Positions 28,259 to 38,119 of a stretch of DNA of 64,000 nucleotides are shown here, piece by piece (positions within the stretch are counted from its first letter, which is position 1; the number at the start of each line of letters is the position of its first letter). The notes beneath the pieces are model-generated. The model was given only the letters and a program-made list of their open reading frames with translations, was not told the origin of the DNA and searched no databases. The DNA comes from a virus, in the IMG/VR virus record IMGVR_UViG_3300031088_000734; one strand, written 5' to 3'. The position numbers and the translations under genes are program-made.

Positions 28259-28387
28259 ATGACTGACAACAATAAACCAAAAACGCCTGAAAAACCGGCT
28301 GGCCCTCCTGTAAGACGTATTATTAATGAAAAAGTCATCAATAAGAAACAAATTGATGAGTGGAGCAAAAACCGGAAACAGACATAA
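28259..28387 (+). CDS. 42-aa basic peptide (not in ORF track)
   Basis: MTDNNKPKTPEKPAGPPVRRIINEKVINKKQIDEWSKNRKQT; AAGGAG RBS. Confidence 0.6.
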   Translation: MTDNNKPKTPEKPAGPPVRRIINEKVINKKQIDEWSKNRKQT

Positions 28388-28452
28388 ACACTGTAGACGT
28401 AGCTTGGTATTCATGGTATAATAACCCCATATTTCGAATAGAGTGAATAACC

Positions 28453-29346
28453 ATGAAAGCTTCCGATTTCAACAAAAACTTCATTAAAGACTTGAAACTG
28501 CCTATCGCCGTGGACAAGTCTCCCTATTTTGAACATTATCTTGAATTGACCAGTCCTTACTATGGTTCTGTTGAAAAATACGAAACCTTTAAGCGTGACT
28601 TCGATAAATTTGGTAGTGAATTCTTTTTTGAACACAACCGTAAAACAGTCAACGCTACGCTAGATGCGATTTCGGCTTCGCCGGAGTATGCTCGTTTCAA
28701 TGCAATGGACATGAGTGTTTTCAACAAAGAAATCAAAATCAGTGCAAAAGAGCTTTATAAGTCGCATAATGCTGACAGGCAGTTTTACAGTATTGATTTG
28801 GTAAAAGCCAACTTCCAGTCGCTGTTGCTGGTAGAGCCTACTATTTTTGATGGTCACACCGATTACACTGAATTTGCAGTTAGTCGTGGTTTTAACGATT
28901 ACATGCTGATCAGTAAGCTGATTCGTCAAATTTTGTTTGGTAACTTGAACCCAAAACGTCAACAAAAGGTTCAGTATTTCATGATGAACCAAATTGCTGA
29001 TCGCTTGATTAAAGCTGGTGTTGATGTATCGTCTGTTTACAGCCTGTCTTCTGATGAACTTGTCTTTGAACAAGGCGACTACAAGAAAGAGGCGATTTTG
29101 GACGCCATTGCACCACTTGGTTATAATGTTCGTGTGGAAGCTTTTACCCTTCGCAAACCATTTGAAAAGCCCTTCTATGTGAAGGAACGTGATGATGGGA
29201 GCATAGAGTTTAAGATGGTTCCTACGGCTGTCATGGCTGAGTTCATCAAACGCTTTGAAGGTCGTGCAGTTGAAGACATTGACCTTTATTTCTACGATGA
29301 AAGTAAAAGGCTCTCTAAATTTGTCGAACCAGCCATCGAAAGTTAA
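28453..29346 (+). CDS. conserved-looking hypothetical protein, possibly palm-domain-like
   Basis: 297 aa; YSIDLVKANF and SLSSDELVF acidic motifs; function is inference only. Confidence 0.55.
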   Translation: MKASDFNKNFIKDLKLPIAVDKSPYFEHYLELTSPYYGSVEKYETFKRDFDKFGSEFFFEHNRKTVNATLDAISASPEYARFNAMDMSVFNKEIKISAKELYKSHNADRQFYSIDLVKANFQSLLLVEPTIFDGHTDYTEFAVSRGFNDYMLISKLIRQILFGNLNPKRQQKVQYFMMNQIADRLIKAGVDVSSVYSLSSDELVFEQGDYKKEAILDAIAPLGYNVRVEAFTLRKPFEKPFYVKERDDGSIEFKMVPTAVMAEFIKRFEGRAVEDIDLYFYDESKRLSKFVEPAIES

Positions 29347-29362
29347 TCTCAGATGGTTAATT

Positions 29363-29387
29363 AAAGCAGTCTTCGGACTGCTTTTTT
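29363..29387 (+). terminator. intrinsic terminator
   Basis: AAAGCAGTC-TTCG-GACTGCTTTTTT. Confidence 0.85.
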
Positions 29388-29448
29388 CTTTCCATACTTC
29401 TTAAACTATGGTATAATCACCATCTTAATCAAACAAACAGGTGACAAC

Positions 29449-30159
29449 ATGATCGGTAGAAAAGTCTATTTTCGCTACGGTGACAAAGTGATGGCTGTTG
29501 AAGTCTATGCTGAGACGCCAGAAGCCTTTAAAGAACGTACAGGCATTGATGTCATTGATCATACAGTAGCCGAAGTCGCCAGCTTGGTGGATTACACAGG
29601 TGTTGTTTCCGAAATTCGTGTCGGAAAATCTGTTGAAAAACTGCGTTATGCCGAAGGGATTGCCGAAGTTATTACTCGACCTCGTTTGCTGATGGCTCAG
29701 CAAGATGTTGATGATGCTATTACTCGTTCCGCTATTTCTTTGGAACTGAAACAGGTTGCTGACATTCCTGATATGCACGAGAATTTCAAAGGTTATTTGA
29801 CTCAATCGTTTTACTTTGATCCAGAAGACCGAAAAGCAGGCAAGGCCAGTTTTGTAGGGTTCGTTGAAATCCCTAACGAAAAGCACCTCATTTTGAATGA
29901 CCTGACCACTTTGGCATGTGCGGCGTTCAGTCTTCCAGATAAGAGACAGTTTATTTCGGTTCATGTGTTTGAAAGCGGTTCATTTGAATTTGATACTGAT
30001 AAAGACTCGATTGAAAAAGGTGAATGGATTGTCTTGATTTACGGTGTGGATAACTATTCAGTAGGTAAACGTTTTAAAACTGAAAACGAAGCAAAAGGAT
30101 TTGTTAGCCTTGGTTGGAAGATGGGTCTTGACGATGACTTACTCTACTATAATTCATAA
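29449..30159 (+). CDS. hypothetical protein
   Basis: 236 aa, AGGTG RBS, TGGTATAAT upstream. Confidence 0.8.
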   Translation: MIGRKVYFRYGDKVMAVEVYAETPEAFKERTGIDVIDHTVAEVASLVDYTGVVSEIRVGKSVEKLRYAEGIAEVITRPRLLMAQQDVDDAITRSAISLELKQVADIPDMHENFKGYLTQSFYFDPEDRKAGKASFVGFVEIPNEKHLILNDLTTLACAAFSLPDKRQFISVHVFESGSFEFDTDKDSIEKGEWIVLIYGVDNYSVGKRFKTENEAKGFVSLGWKMGLDDDLLYYNS

Positions 30160-30272
30160 GTATTAAAATACGACAAAAGGACTAGTGATAGTCCTTTTTT
30201 TATTGACGATTTTCCTTAAAAGTGGTATAATTCTCTCCATTAACTACCATATAAGGTAGATGGAGGCGTGAA

Positions 30273-30452
30273 ATGCGTATGTTTATTTTGAAAGTTCTCA
30301 TTGTTGTGAGTGTTTTGACACTTATTGTGACGGGTAGCGTATGGGCTGCAATTCTTTCAGTTGCCTTCTCTTCTCTATTGGCATTAGAAAAAAATGAAGT
30401 AACGCACTTGTGTCACAAACAATGCACTTATAAATTTAGCCAAAATTACTAG
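30273..30452 (+). CDS. 59-aa membrane peptide (not in ORF track)
   Basis: GGAGG RBS; MRMFILKVLIVVSVLTLIVTGSVWAAIL...; TAG stop. Confidence 0.55.
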   Translation: MRMFILKVLIVVSVLTLIVTGSVWAAILSVAFSSLLALEKNEVTHLCHKQCTYKFSQNY

Positions 30453-30463
30453 GGAATAACACA

Positions 30464-30781
30464 ATGACTATTCAATATGTAATGACCCACGACGAATGGA
30501 TTGCTCACACAGTCAGCCTAATTCCAGACGCTTGTGCAAAACATGATACAAAGGACAGTATTGCTTTTGACTTGGCACTTGAATTTGGTATATTGAGTGG
30601 TCTTGTGCCTAGTGGCTGGTATCCTGATGAAGCGGTTGGTCATCTGGTTGACCGTGAAGAAGAAAAAGGGAATCTTGAAGACAGTGACCTTGATGAATAT
30701 GAAGCAAAGGTTGCTGTCTATCATGAAAAAATGAAAGCGAAATATGAAGCCGAAGCTGCAGAACAAAAAGGAAACGTGTAA
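30464..30781 (+). CDS. acidic hypothetical protein
   Basis: 105 aa ORF. Confidence 0.8.
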   Translation: MTIQYVMTHDEWIAHTVSLIPDACAKHDTKDSIAFDLALEFGILSGLVPSGWYPDEAVGHLVDREEEKGNLEDSDLDEYEAKVAVYHEKMKAKYEAEAAEQKGNV

Positions 30782-31935
30782 TGACCCATCAAGCGAACAA
30801 TCAAGTTGTCGATATCGTTAACACCCTGACTGATTATCTTTTCTCAGAGCGTTTTGATCAAAGTTTGATTGAAAGCAAAGAATATCATTTGCGTGCTCCC
30901 CGTGTTGAAATGACAATGGAGCTGATGCGAGCTATTATTGATAAGACTGCTACACCAGAGCAATTGGATTTGATGGAACAGATCACACTCCAAAGTTTGA
31001 ATAAAATCAATGACGTTCATAACTCTCTTGTGTTCAATCTGGATGGAACTCGTTATCATGTTAAACAAGAATATGATCAATACACCGTTTATTCTAAGTA
31101 CAAAGCACCAAATTTCTCAAACTTACCCGAAGAATTTAAAGAATCTGTAGTGGATGATGTTAGTGTTATTCACGAAAAATTTGTTAAATTGACCAGTCTT
31201 TATCCTGCACAAGATTTCATGAAGTTTAAAAATAAAGACCGATACAGTAGTAATGAATTTTCAGAATATTGCATTGTTCGTCTAAGCAGTGCATACCCTG
31301 TTGCCTATGCTTCGAAAGATTTCTTTGAGCTATGTGATCGTTTTCCAGAAGCGTTCACGGCTGAACAACTTTCCTTCATTGAAACGCACCGAGTTGAAAG
31401 TTTTCAAGCTTCTGGAAAGGCTCAGAATTCCCTCGAAGCGATGTTTAAAGAATGGCAAAAATTGCTTAAAAAGAAAAAAGCGACACCCGCCAAACAGTTT
31501 GCTTTTAATGACATGGATAATTATGCGTTCTTGAATGAAAATGAAACCCATCTTTTGATGTCTCAACGTAGTCAAAATACGCTGTATGCTTATGTTTTTG
31601 AAAAAGCGACTGGGCGTTATAAAGTTTGGACAGCCGCCCATGAAGTGGATGCAGAACCCGATGACTTCTACTATTCAGAAATGGTCGAAGACTGTGCTAA
31701 TTACTTGGAAATGGTTCAATATTACATTGGACGTGATTACGGCCCTAAAAGCTATCCAGTGATGATTGCTCACGATGGTTATATCAAATCAGCTCAATAT
31801 CATTTGGATAACTTCAATGATGATGATGGCTTGGTGTATGACTCGGTGCGTGGTTGTAATCTTCATTCACCTGATTGTGGCAACTTGTTGGGTGATTTTG
31901 ACCTCTTACTGAGTGTTATTGACCATTATCGTTAA
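30781..31935 (+). CDS. hypothetical protein
   Basis: 384 aa, TAATG overlap with upstream gene. Confidence 0.85.
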   Translation: MTHQANNQVVDIVNTLTDYLFSERFDQSLIESKEYHLRAPRVEMTMELMRAIIDKTATPEQLDLMEQITLQSLNKINDVHNSLVFNLDGTRYHVKQEYDQYTVYSKYKAPNFSNLPEEFKESVVDDVSVIHEKFVKLTSLYPAQDFMKFKNKDRYSSNEFSEYCIVRLSSAYPVAYASKDFFELCDRFPEAFTAEQLSFIETHRVESFQASGKAQNSLEAMFKEWQKLLKKKKATPAKQFAFNDMDNYAFLNENETHLLMSQRSQNTLYAYVFEKATGRYKVWTAAHEVDAEPDDFYYSEMVEDCANYLEMVQYYIGRDYGPKSYPVMIAHDGYIKSAQYHLDNFNDDDGLVYDSVRGCNLHSPDCGNLLGDFDLLLSVIDHYR

Positions 31936-32025
31936 TTCATTATTACTTTTATAAAAAGCCCATCAGTGCTTTTTTTATTATTCAAAAAGTGTTATTATAG
32001 GCTTTCTTAATTTAGGATATAAATC

Positions 32026-32457
32026 ATGTCTAGAACATACAATGGTGGTCAGTATACGTTTTCATTTGAAGTCAGTGGTTCTGTTGACTCAGAAAATCTT
32101 TCAAGAGATTTCTTTAAGAAATTGAGAAATCCTGAATCATTGCAATCACTGTTGACAGATGAACAATATGCGGTCTATGACACGCTTATCTTGTTCAAAG
32201 AGCATGTTGAAGATGATTATGTTTTTCGCACGCTTGATGGCATTGAACAACTTGATGATTTTGATGAGCGTGGTTTCTCAATTGGTTTTGCATCGCCACG
32301 TTTTTTTACCACTGACCAAGTGAAAGATATCTATCTCAATGTGGTCATTCCAATCTTCATTTCATGTGATATTGCAAGCAAACCTACTGGTGAATTTACC
32401 GAGTATCACACGTATACAGAAACGACTGGTAAAGCTCATAAAATCTCATTTAATTAA
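32026..32457 (+). CDS. hypothetical protein
   Basis: 143 aa, AGGA RBS. Confidence 0.8.
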   Translation: MSRTYNGGQYTFSFEVSGSVDSENLSRDFFKKLRNPESLQSLLTDEQYAVYDTLILFKEHVEDDYVFRTLDGIEQLDDFDERGFSIGFASPRFFTTDQVKDIYLNVVIPIFISCDIASKPTGEFTEYHTYTETTGKAHKISFN

Positions 32458-32544
32458 ATTTAAATATTGAGCTAAATTGGGTTTATTTTTCTTGATTTAG
32501 CCCGCCTTCAATGGTAAAATTACTCCATATTTGGAGTTTCTTTC

Positions 32545-32739
32545 ATGGTTCGCATTTTGAAATCTGTTAGATCAATATACAGCAAAAAAACAATGATATT
32601 GGGCACCTTTAGACTGCATAATAATCAAATAACGTACACTGTTATTGAAAAAGATGTCGTTCATAAGCTGTTTGGATTTCCTGTTTTTAAACATGCTGGC
32701 AAATTGACTGATGAAGACTGGAACCGTATCATTTCTTAA
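32545..32739 (+). CDS. hypothetical protein
   Basis: 64 aa, GGAG RBS, TTGATT-17-TAAAAT promoter. Confidence 0.65.
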   Translation: MVRILKSVRSIYSKKTMILGTFRLHNNQITYTVIEKDVVHKLFGFPVFKHAGKLTDEDWNRIIS

Positions 32740-32757
32740 TCGTTTAGGTATTGTATT

Positions 32758-32967
32758 TTGGCCCACTTTATTAAAAATTATCTCATGCTGCTTGAATCCT
32801 ATGCTGGCGGGATTTTGATTGCCTTCTTTATTAGTTTGTCAGTGTTCTATAATCTGCCTGAGAAAACAGCTTTACTTTTCTTGGGTATTTTTAGCATACC
32901 GTTCGTCGCTCTGCCTGCATTTATCAAAATCTTACTCATTTTATTTGAAAAAAAAGAGTTTAACTAG
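32758..32967 (+). CDS. small membrane protein
   Basis: 69 aa, two hydrophobic helices; TAG stop. Confidence 0.55.
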   Translation: MAHFIKNYLMLLESYAGGILIAFFISLSVFYNLPEKTALLFLGIFSIPFVALPAFIKILLILFEKKEFN

Positions 32968-33077
32968 TTGATTTTTGGCGATTTTTTCAAGTCTTAAAAA
33001 TAGATGAAAAAAGTTTAAAATATTTTGTAAGTTCTTGATTTTAAAAGGTTTTAAACCATAATAAATATGAGAAAAAG

Positions 33078-33106
33078 TTGCTTTTTTATGATTTTCTTGG
33101 TATAAT
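33078..33106 (+). promoter_or_regulatory. sigma70-type promoter with extended -10
   Basis: TTGCTT-17 bp-TATAAT (TGGTATAAT), AT-rich upstream. Confidence 0.8.
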
Positions 33107-33132
33107 ACTCACACACAAACAGGAGAGCAAAT

Positions 33133-33342
33133 ATGACTATTACTATGAACACCGTTGAATCCAGCTCAATTTTCAAAGTTGGATATCGTCGTCGCGTCAT
33201 GCAAGTGCAGTTCAATTCCGGTCGTGTTTATGAGTTCCGTAAAGTGCCGCGTGCTACTTATGACCAGTTGATGCGTTCTCATTCCAAAGGTGAGTTCTTC
33301 AACCGCGAAATCAAAGACGCTTTTGTTTCGACTGAAATCTAA
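33133..33342 (+). CDS. KTSC domain protein
   Basis: VESSSIFKVGY...LxVQFNSGRVYEFRKVP...LMRSHSKGEFFNREIK matches the KTSC pattern. Confidence 0.9.
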   Translation: MTITMNTVESSSIFKVGYRRRVMQVQFNSGRVYEFRKVPRATYDQLMRSHSKGEFFNREIKDAFVSTEI

Positions 33343-33435
33343 TACCTTTACGACAAAGGCACTTAGGTGCCTTTTGTTGTTATTGTTACTTTTAAAATAT
33401 GTGCTATAATAGCTCAAAATTCGTAGGAGATTACC

Positions 33436-33759
33436 ATGTCGAATGCAAGCCCTTGTAATGAGTGTCCTTTCAAACAATCTATTCCCGGCGATTGCCATTC
33501 AGCGTGTGGTCATCCAGTGGCTGTTGAGAAACAGATGTTGCTGATGTCTCTTGTGTTTACTGGCCGTCTTGGCGTGATTGAACAAGCGTTGGGGCTTCGA
33601 ATTGATCCTCATGCAGTCAGTCAAGGTTGGGCTAACTTCCCTATGAATTTTGACCCTATTTGGGTGACTGGTTCTTGTTCGATGTTGAACAGCTACAAAC
33701 AGTCAGTAGCGAAGTTCATGGCAGAACAAGACGCGGAACTTATTCATAAGGAATCCTAA
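33436..33759 (+). CDS. Cys-rich phage-type hypothetical protein
   Basis: 107 aa; CNECP...HSAC, GWANFPMNFDPIW. Confidence 0.8.
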   Translation: MSNASPCNECPFKQSIPGDCHSACGHPVAVEKQMLLMSLVFTGRLGVIEQALGLRIDPHAVSQGWANFPMNFDPIWVTGSCSMLNSYKQSVAKFMAEQDAELIHKES

Positions 33760-33852
33760 TTCTTTTTCAATGAGTTAATATTAAAGGCTTGAGCGATCAA
33801 GCCTTTTTTGTTATAATATCAACCACTATTAACATATAACGGTTTATTCACA

Positions 33853-34311
33853 ATGATTGATACGATTACTGACAAAGAACGCCTTCATATTGATAAGGTT
33901 GTGAACTTTGCCAAACATATTGATGACAACGGCTTTCAACATAAAGTCGCTGCAGCTATTGTGTACAAAAATAAAATCATCAGTCTTGAACATAACCTTG
34001 ATAAAAGTCATACCTTTCAAAAACGTTTTGCAAAAAACGAACATGCTATTTTCTTTCATGCTGAAACCAGTGCTATTCATACCGCTCTCAAAATCTTGGG
34101 TGAAGATAAGCTCAGTAAAGCCACTCTGGTGGTGGTTCGGTTATCGGCAGTTAAGAGTAAGTATCGTCAACGTTTGTTACACCACACATTAGCGACTAGT
34201 AAGCCTTGTGAGGGTTGTGCATCGTGTATTAATCATTATGGCATTAAGAAAGTAATTCATAGTGTGATTGATGGATTTGAAGTGTATGACACCTTGAAGA
34301 TGATCAACTAA
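33853..34311 (+). CDS. cytidine/deoxycytidylate deaminase family protein
   Basis: HKVAAAIV, HAETSAI and KPCEGC zinc-binding motifs. Confidence 0.85.
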   Translation: MIDTITDKERLHIDKVVNFAKHIDDNGFQHKVAAAIVYKNKIISLEHNLDKSHTFQKRFAKNEHAIFFHAETSAIHTALKILGEDKLSKATLVVVRLSAVKSKYRQRLLHHTLATSKPCEGCASCINHYGIKKVIHSVIDGFEVYDTLKMIN

Positions 34312-34363
34312 GTCGCTTGATAGTTTTGCATTTTTATGGTATAATTGCCTTCAACTTATAACT

Positions 34364-34570
34364 ATGGTGATTACAATGTCCTATAATTTTGACGAATCGT
34401 CTGGCACTTATGTGATTGCTGATGATCTTCCTGAGAATGACCTTTATGATGCTTTGTTAGCCATCGCAAAAGATAACGACCTTATTGAAGCCAATCATGC
34501 TTCGGATAGTTCTCATATCATGGCTATCTTGCGAAATAATTCGGTTGAAGTTGAGTTCGAAACTGCATAA
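34364..34570 (+). CDS. small acidic protein
   Basis: 68 aa ORF, TGGTATAAT upstream. Confidence 0.7.
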   Translation: MVITMSYNFDESSGTYVIADDLPENDLYDALLAIAKDNDLIEANHASDSSHIMAILRNNSVEVEFETA

Positions 34571-34596
34571 CCTATCATTTAACAAGGGTATACATT

Positions 34597-34914
34597 ATGA
34601 CTTTCACGCCTAGACTGCCTACTGATACTGTTGCGATTGTTGGAGCCTTTAACAAGAAATGGCTTATTCAGTTTCAGAATCGTCGTAAGCATCATCGAGA
34701 ATTCTTGTGTGATGTTTTTAGCATTTTTACGCCTGTTTCATTTGAAACCTTGGAAGAAGCTTTCGAAAGAGCTGAACATTACAACCTTCAAGTGGTGGAT
34801 GTTCGTATTCATCAGGCTTATCATCAACATGATCAAGTGAATGCTGAAATGCAGGAACGCATTAAAAAGATGAGAGCCGAATTTGATGGCACTTATGTCA
34901 AAAAAATAGCTTGA
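34597..34914 (+). CDS. hypothetical protein
   Basis: 105 aa ORF. Confidence 0.75.
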   Translation: MTFTPRLPTDTVAIVGAFNKKWLIQFQNRRKHHREFLCDVFSIFTPVSFETLEEAFERAEHYNLQVVDVRIHQAYHQHDQVNAEMQERIKKMRAEFDGTYVKKIA

Positions 34915-34948
34915 TTTTTAACTTTAACTCTTACATAAGGATGGATTT

Positions 34949-35527
34949 ATGAAAAAGATTGCATTAATTATATTCTCTTGGTTAATTGCCTTTTCGACAG
35001 CTTTTGGTGATGAATTCAAAAGTATCAAAGAATTTAATTACAAAGGTATTAGCTTTTCATCGTCTATGGAGGATTTGAAGGCACACGGTTTTAATTGTCA
35101 AGACAATACTTGCATTGTTGGTGATGATTTTTTCAAATATAAATCACCGGGATTATTTTCTGTTCAGCAATTGGCTCGTAATGGTAAAACAGTGACTTTT
35201 CATGAAAATCATGTCATTAAAATTACGATTGATCAACTGTATCCTTATATGGGGGAAGGTTGTCAGAATATTATGAATGATCTTCAAACTCGATTTAATG
35301 CTAAGTACAAGGCAGACATTAAATTTCATACTTATGCAAGTCGTGCTGGGCCAGTCACTGATTATGATAACCTTATTGGATCGGTAAAGTTAGGCGAAGA
35401 TGTTTTAAGAGTTCATTTTTCTTGTAGTGAAGTCAAAAAACCAGACACAGAAGAAATGTTAACCTTTATTCATGCTCTTTTTCACTATGAAAACCTTGCT
35501 TCACGATTGTTGGTTGACGATATTTAA
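34949..35527 (+). CDS. exported hypothetical protein
   Basis: 192 aa; MKK + hydrophobic + TAFG| signal peptide. Confidence 0.8.
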   Translation: MKKIALIIFSWLIAFSTAFGDEFKSIKEFNYKGISFSSSMEDLKAHGFNCQDNTCIVGDDFFKYKSPGLFSVQQLARNGKTVTFHENHVIKITIDQLYPYMGEGCQNIMNDLQTRFNAKYKADIKFHTYASRAGPVTDYDNLIGSVKLGEDVLRVHFSCSEVKKPDTEEMLTFIHALFHYENLASRLLVDDI

Positions 35528-35572
35528 AAAACCTTTGTAACGATTTGAATTATTACAGCAAGGAGAAAGATT

Positions 35573-36148
35573 TTGAATACATTTGAAAGATTTAAAGAAG
35601 ATTGCAAGAAATTATTTTCTGAGGAAAAGGCTTATACCGAACCAAAAGATGATGGTAAACGTATTATTGTTAAAGCTCATCTAAAACGGGCACGTAATGG
35701 ATTGGCAGTCGGAACTATCATCTATATTGATCGAAATGATTGGCTGAATCCTAACGATGACAGAGTTTGGGGATATACCAAACTTGAATACTTTGGACAA
35801 GGCAATCATGCGTATAGTGGTATGGAAAAAGCGGATCTTGAATATTTACCGACTAATGAGCCATCCTATTCTGTTGTCATTGAACACGTTAAGAAAAGCA
35901 TGGCTGGCTTTACACCCGATCCTGATTATCCAGAAGACAATATTGCTAATGTTAAGGATTCAGTCGTTTCGTCTATTGTCATCGAAAGCTGTCTATCTGA
36001 GCAGGAAGCTGTTTCAAGAGCATCCGTGGTCGCAACAGCTTTTAAAATTCCAAGAATTGAGACGCCTAAGCATGTAGGTAATCTATATATTTGGAATACG
36101 CTTGATGATATTGGTTCAGGTATTAAAATCTATGTTAGACCTGATTAA
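35573..36148 (+). CDS. hypothetical protein
   Basis: 191 aa, AAGGAG RBS, TTG start. Confidence 0.8.
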   Translation: MNTFERFKEDCKKLFSEEKAYTEPKDDGKRIIVKAHLKRARNGLAVGTIIYIDRNDWLNPNDDRVWGYTKLEYFGQGNHAYSGMEKADLEYLPTNEPSYSVVIEHVKKSMAGFTPDPDYPEDNIANVKDSVVSSIVIESCLSEQEAVSRASVVATAFKIPRIETPKHVGNLYIWNTLDDIGSGIKIYVRPD

Positions 36149-36220
36149 AGACTAACCAAATAGTATCATTGACTTTTTTTATGAAATTGATTAACCTACC
36201 TTATTCAAAGGAGAATAGCG

Positions 36221-36520
36221 ATGACTGGTGACGATTTAAGAACCCTTTTTCAAGAATATGGTGAGACGGATGAGTCTCATAAATTTGAGAGAGTAGCTGT
36301 AAAGTTTAGTAAACGTGATGATTTACATGCTTTTATATTGTTGGATAAAATCATGCCTGATGGGCATACAATGGTTTCTGCAGCAGCACATGATGAAATC
36401 TTCTTGGGCTTTGATATGGAAGAACTGGCCGCTGTTATTACCCCAGAACAAGTCTTGGAGCTTGTGCGTTGTGGTGTATCTTATGACAGTCACCATGACT
36501 GCTTGTATATGTTCGTTTAA
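36221..36520 (+). CDS. phage-type hypothetical protein
   Basis: 99 aa, AAGGAG RBS; SKRDDLHAFILLD and SAAAHDEIFL motifs. Confidence 0.8.
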   Translation: MTGDDLRTLFQEYGETDESHKFERVAVKFSKRDDLHAFILLDKIMPDGHTMVSAAAHDEIFLGFDMEELAAVITPEQVLELVRCGVSYDSHHDCLYMFV

Positions 36521-36588
36521 CGAACAGTTGCTTTTTGATGGCTCATTTGGTATAATGGGCCTTCTTAATTCAACAAGGTAACTTTATC

Positions 36589-37014
36589 ATGACTTTTAAA
36601 TGGATCGCGTCTAATGAGACTTCGCACCTTCATGCTCATTCTTATGAGACAACTGTTATGGTTGAGTGCTTGGATAAACTCTTTCCAGAAGAAAAAGACA
36701 ACTATCAATATCTTTCAAAAGCCAAAGTAGATAAGCTTAAAGAGCTTGTGGCTGCACAGTACGTTGTGCTTTATTTTGTTGATTCTTACACTTATCCAGT
36801 TGAAAATTACCATGACAAGGATGGTGATTACACTCATTCGGATTCTGAAACCAATTCCTACAAAACTCCAACCGAAGAAATGATTGCGGCTTTGAATGAA
36901 ATGGGGTATACTGACACCACTGAAATGATTAAGAATGCTGTTCGTGTTAATCATGACATCAATCTCTATTATGGTGAGTCTATCTTGCTTGAATCCTACT
37001 GCATCAAAATTTAA
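36589..37014 (+). CDS. hypothetical protein
   Basis: 141 aa; weak similarity to the next ORF (LxxLFPE...YYGxS). Confidence 0.8.
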   Translation: MTFKWIASNETSHLHAHSYETTVMVECLDKLFPEEKDNYQYLSKAKVDKLKELVAAQYVVLYFVDSYTYPVENYHDKDGDYTHSDSETNSYKTPTEEMIAALNEMGYTDTTEMIKNAVRVNHDINLYYGESILLESYCIKI

Positions 37015-37024
37015 GGATATTATC

Positions 37025-37537
37025 ATGGCTATTCGTTTCGCAGCAGACATCAACGCAGAACAAGGCACTGATCTTGGATGGACTTTTGAAAATGGTGTTC
37101 TGTTTGAATCCGTCAGTTACATGCTGAAAGAGATCTTTCCAGAATTCCTTTCTATGCTTAAAGTTGACGACGAACATCGTTATATTCCAGAAGTTCATGT
37201 GCAAAAGAAAATTGAATTTCATGACAAGATTGATACTGAATTTTTCTTGTTTTACTATCCCGAAAAAGAAACGTCTGGTCATGATCCTTATGTGGATGAA
37301 AATGGTGCTCAGTGCCGTGCTTCCAGTAAAGAAATTGAACTTGAAGTACCGATGTTTGAACTTCGTGAAGCGGTTCGAGAAGAATTTCCACAGGTTGTCA
37401 ATGTAGAAAAGTTTGTTGAGAATGTTTTGAAACTGCACAGTGGTGATACTTATTGCATGAATCATTATTATGGTGATAGTGTCAACTATGCTTACATTAA
37501 AATCAAAAAAGATGCTGACCTTAGTCGTTATCTTTAA
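37025..37537 (+). CDS. hypothetical protein
   Basis: ATG 37025 after AAGGA, in frame with track ORF 36935-37537. Confidence 0.8.
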   Translation: MAIRFAADINAEQGTDLGWTFENGVLFESVSYMLKEIFPEFLSMLKVDDEHRYIPEVHVQKKIEFHDKIDTEFFLFYYPEKETSGHDPYVDENGAQCRASSKEIELEVPMFELREAVREEFPQVVNVEKFVENVLKLHSGDTYCMNHYYGDSVNYAYIKIKKDADLSRYL

Positions 37538-37552
37538 TTAAAAGGAAACTGT

Positions 37553-37858
37553 ATGAGTCGCATGACTGTTCGATTTGACCGCGTATTTAACAAGAAAGGT
37601 AACTTTGATCTTAAAGAGTTTGAGCTTCGTCATTTTGACCCTTATCGTCCTGACACTGACAATAAGAACTATGTTGATTTGTATGAACTCTTGTTTGATA
37701 GCAATGGCAACGTGCTGGATGAAGTTCGTTATGAACTTGAAGCTTATATCAAACTCAAAAACTTCCCAGCTTTGTCAGATGCAGTAAAATTGTTTTATGC
37801 CGGTATCCACGGTAGCAATACTGGTGGGTCTTATCCCGCCGTTTACATGTTTCGCTGA
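37553..37858 (+). CDS. hypothetical protein
   Basis: 101 aa, AAGGA RBS. Confidence 0.8.
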   Translation: MSRMTVRFDRVFNKKGNFDLKEFELRHFDPYRPDTDNKNYVDLYELLFDSNGNVLDEVRYELEAYIKLKNFPALSDAVKLFYAGIHGSNTGGSYPAVYMFR

Positions 37859-37905
37859 TTCAAACAAACACTTCAAAAATAAATTTTAAATTGTTTAAAT
37901 AATAG

Positions 37906-37934
37906 TTGTTTTAAGATAAAAACGTTGATATAAT
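37906..37934 (+). promoter_or_regulatory. sigma70-type promoter with extended -10
   Basis: TTGTTT-17 bp-TATAAT (TGATATAAT). Confidence 0.7.
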
Positions 37935-37967
37935 AACCCCACACTAACTAAAAAAGGAAATACAATC

Positions 37968-38093
37968 ATGGCAACAGTAAATTCAGCAAAAAAAGCACAA
38001 GAAATCGAACAAGCCTACGCACAGGTTGCTGAAACCAAGCGTCGTCAAGAAGAAAAAATGTGGTCGCAACACGAAAAAGCAAACAAGCGTTAA
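37968..38093 (+). CDS. 41-aa small helical protein, paralog of 4204-4323 (not in ORF track)
   Basis: MATVNSAKKAQEIEQAYAQVAETKRRQEEKMWSQHEKANKR; AAGGA RBS. Confidence 0.8.
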   Translation: MATVNSAKKAQEIEQAYAQVAETKRRQEEKMWSQHEKANKR

Positions 38094-38119
38094 TCACCAT
38101 CATTCAAAAAGGATTTACA

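Noticed and set aside
33853-34311. Membership of the deaminase (ends TLKMIN) or 13203-13646 (ends LEITQL) in the C-terminal-motif family
   Set aside because: Met is not at position -4, or is absent
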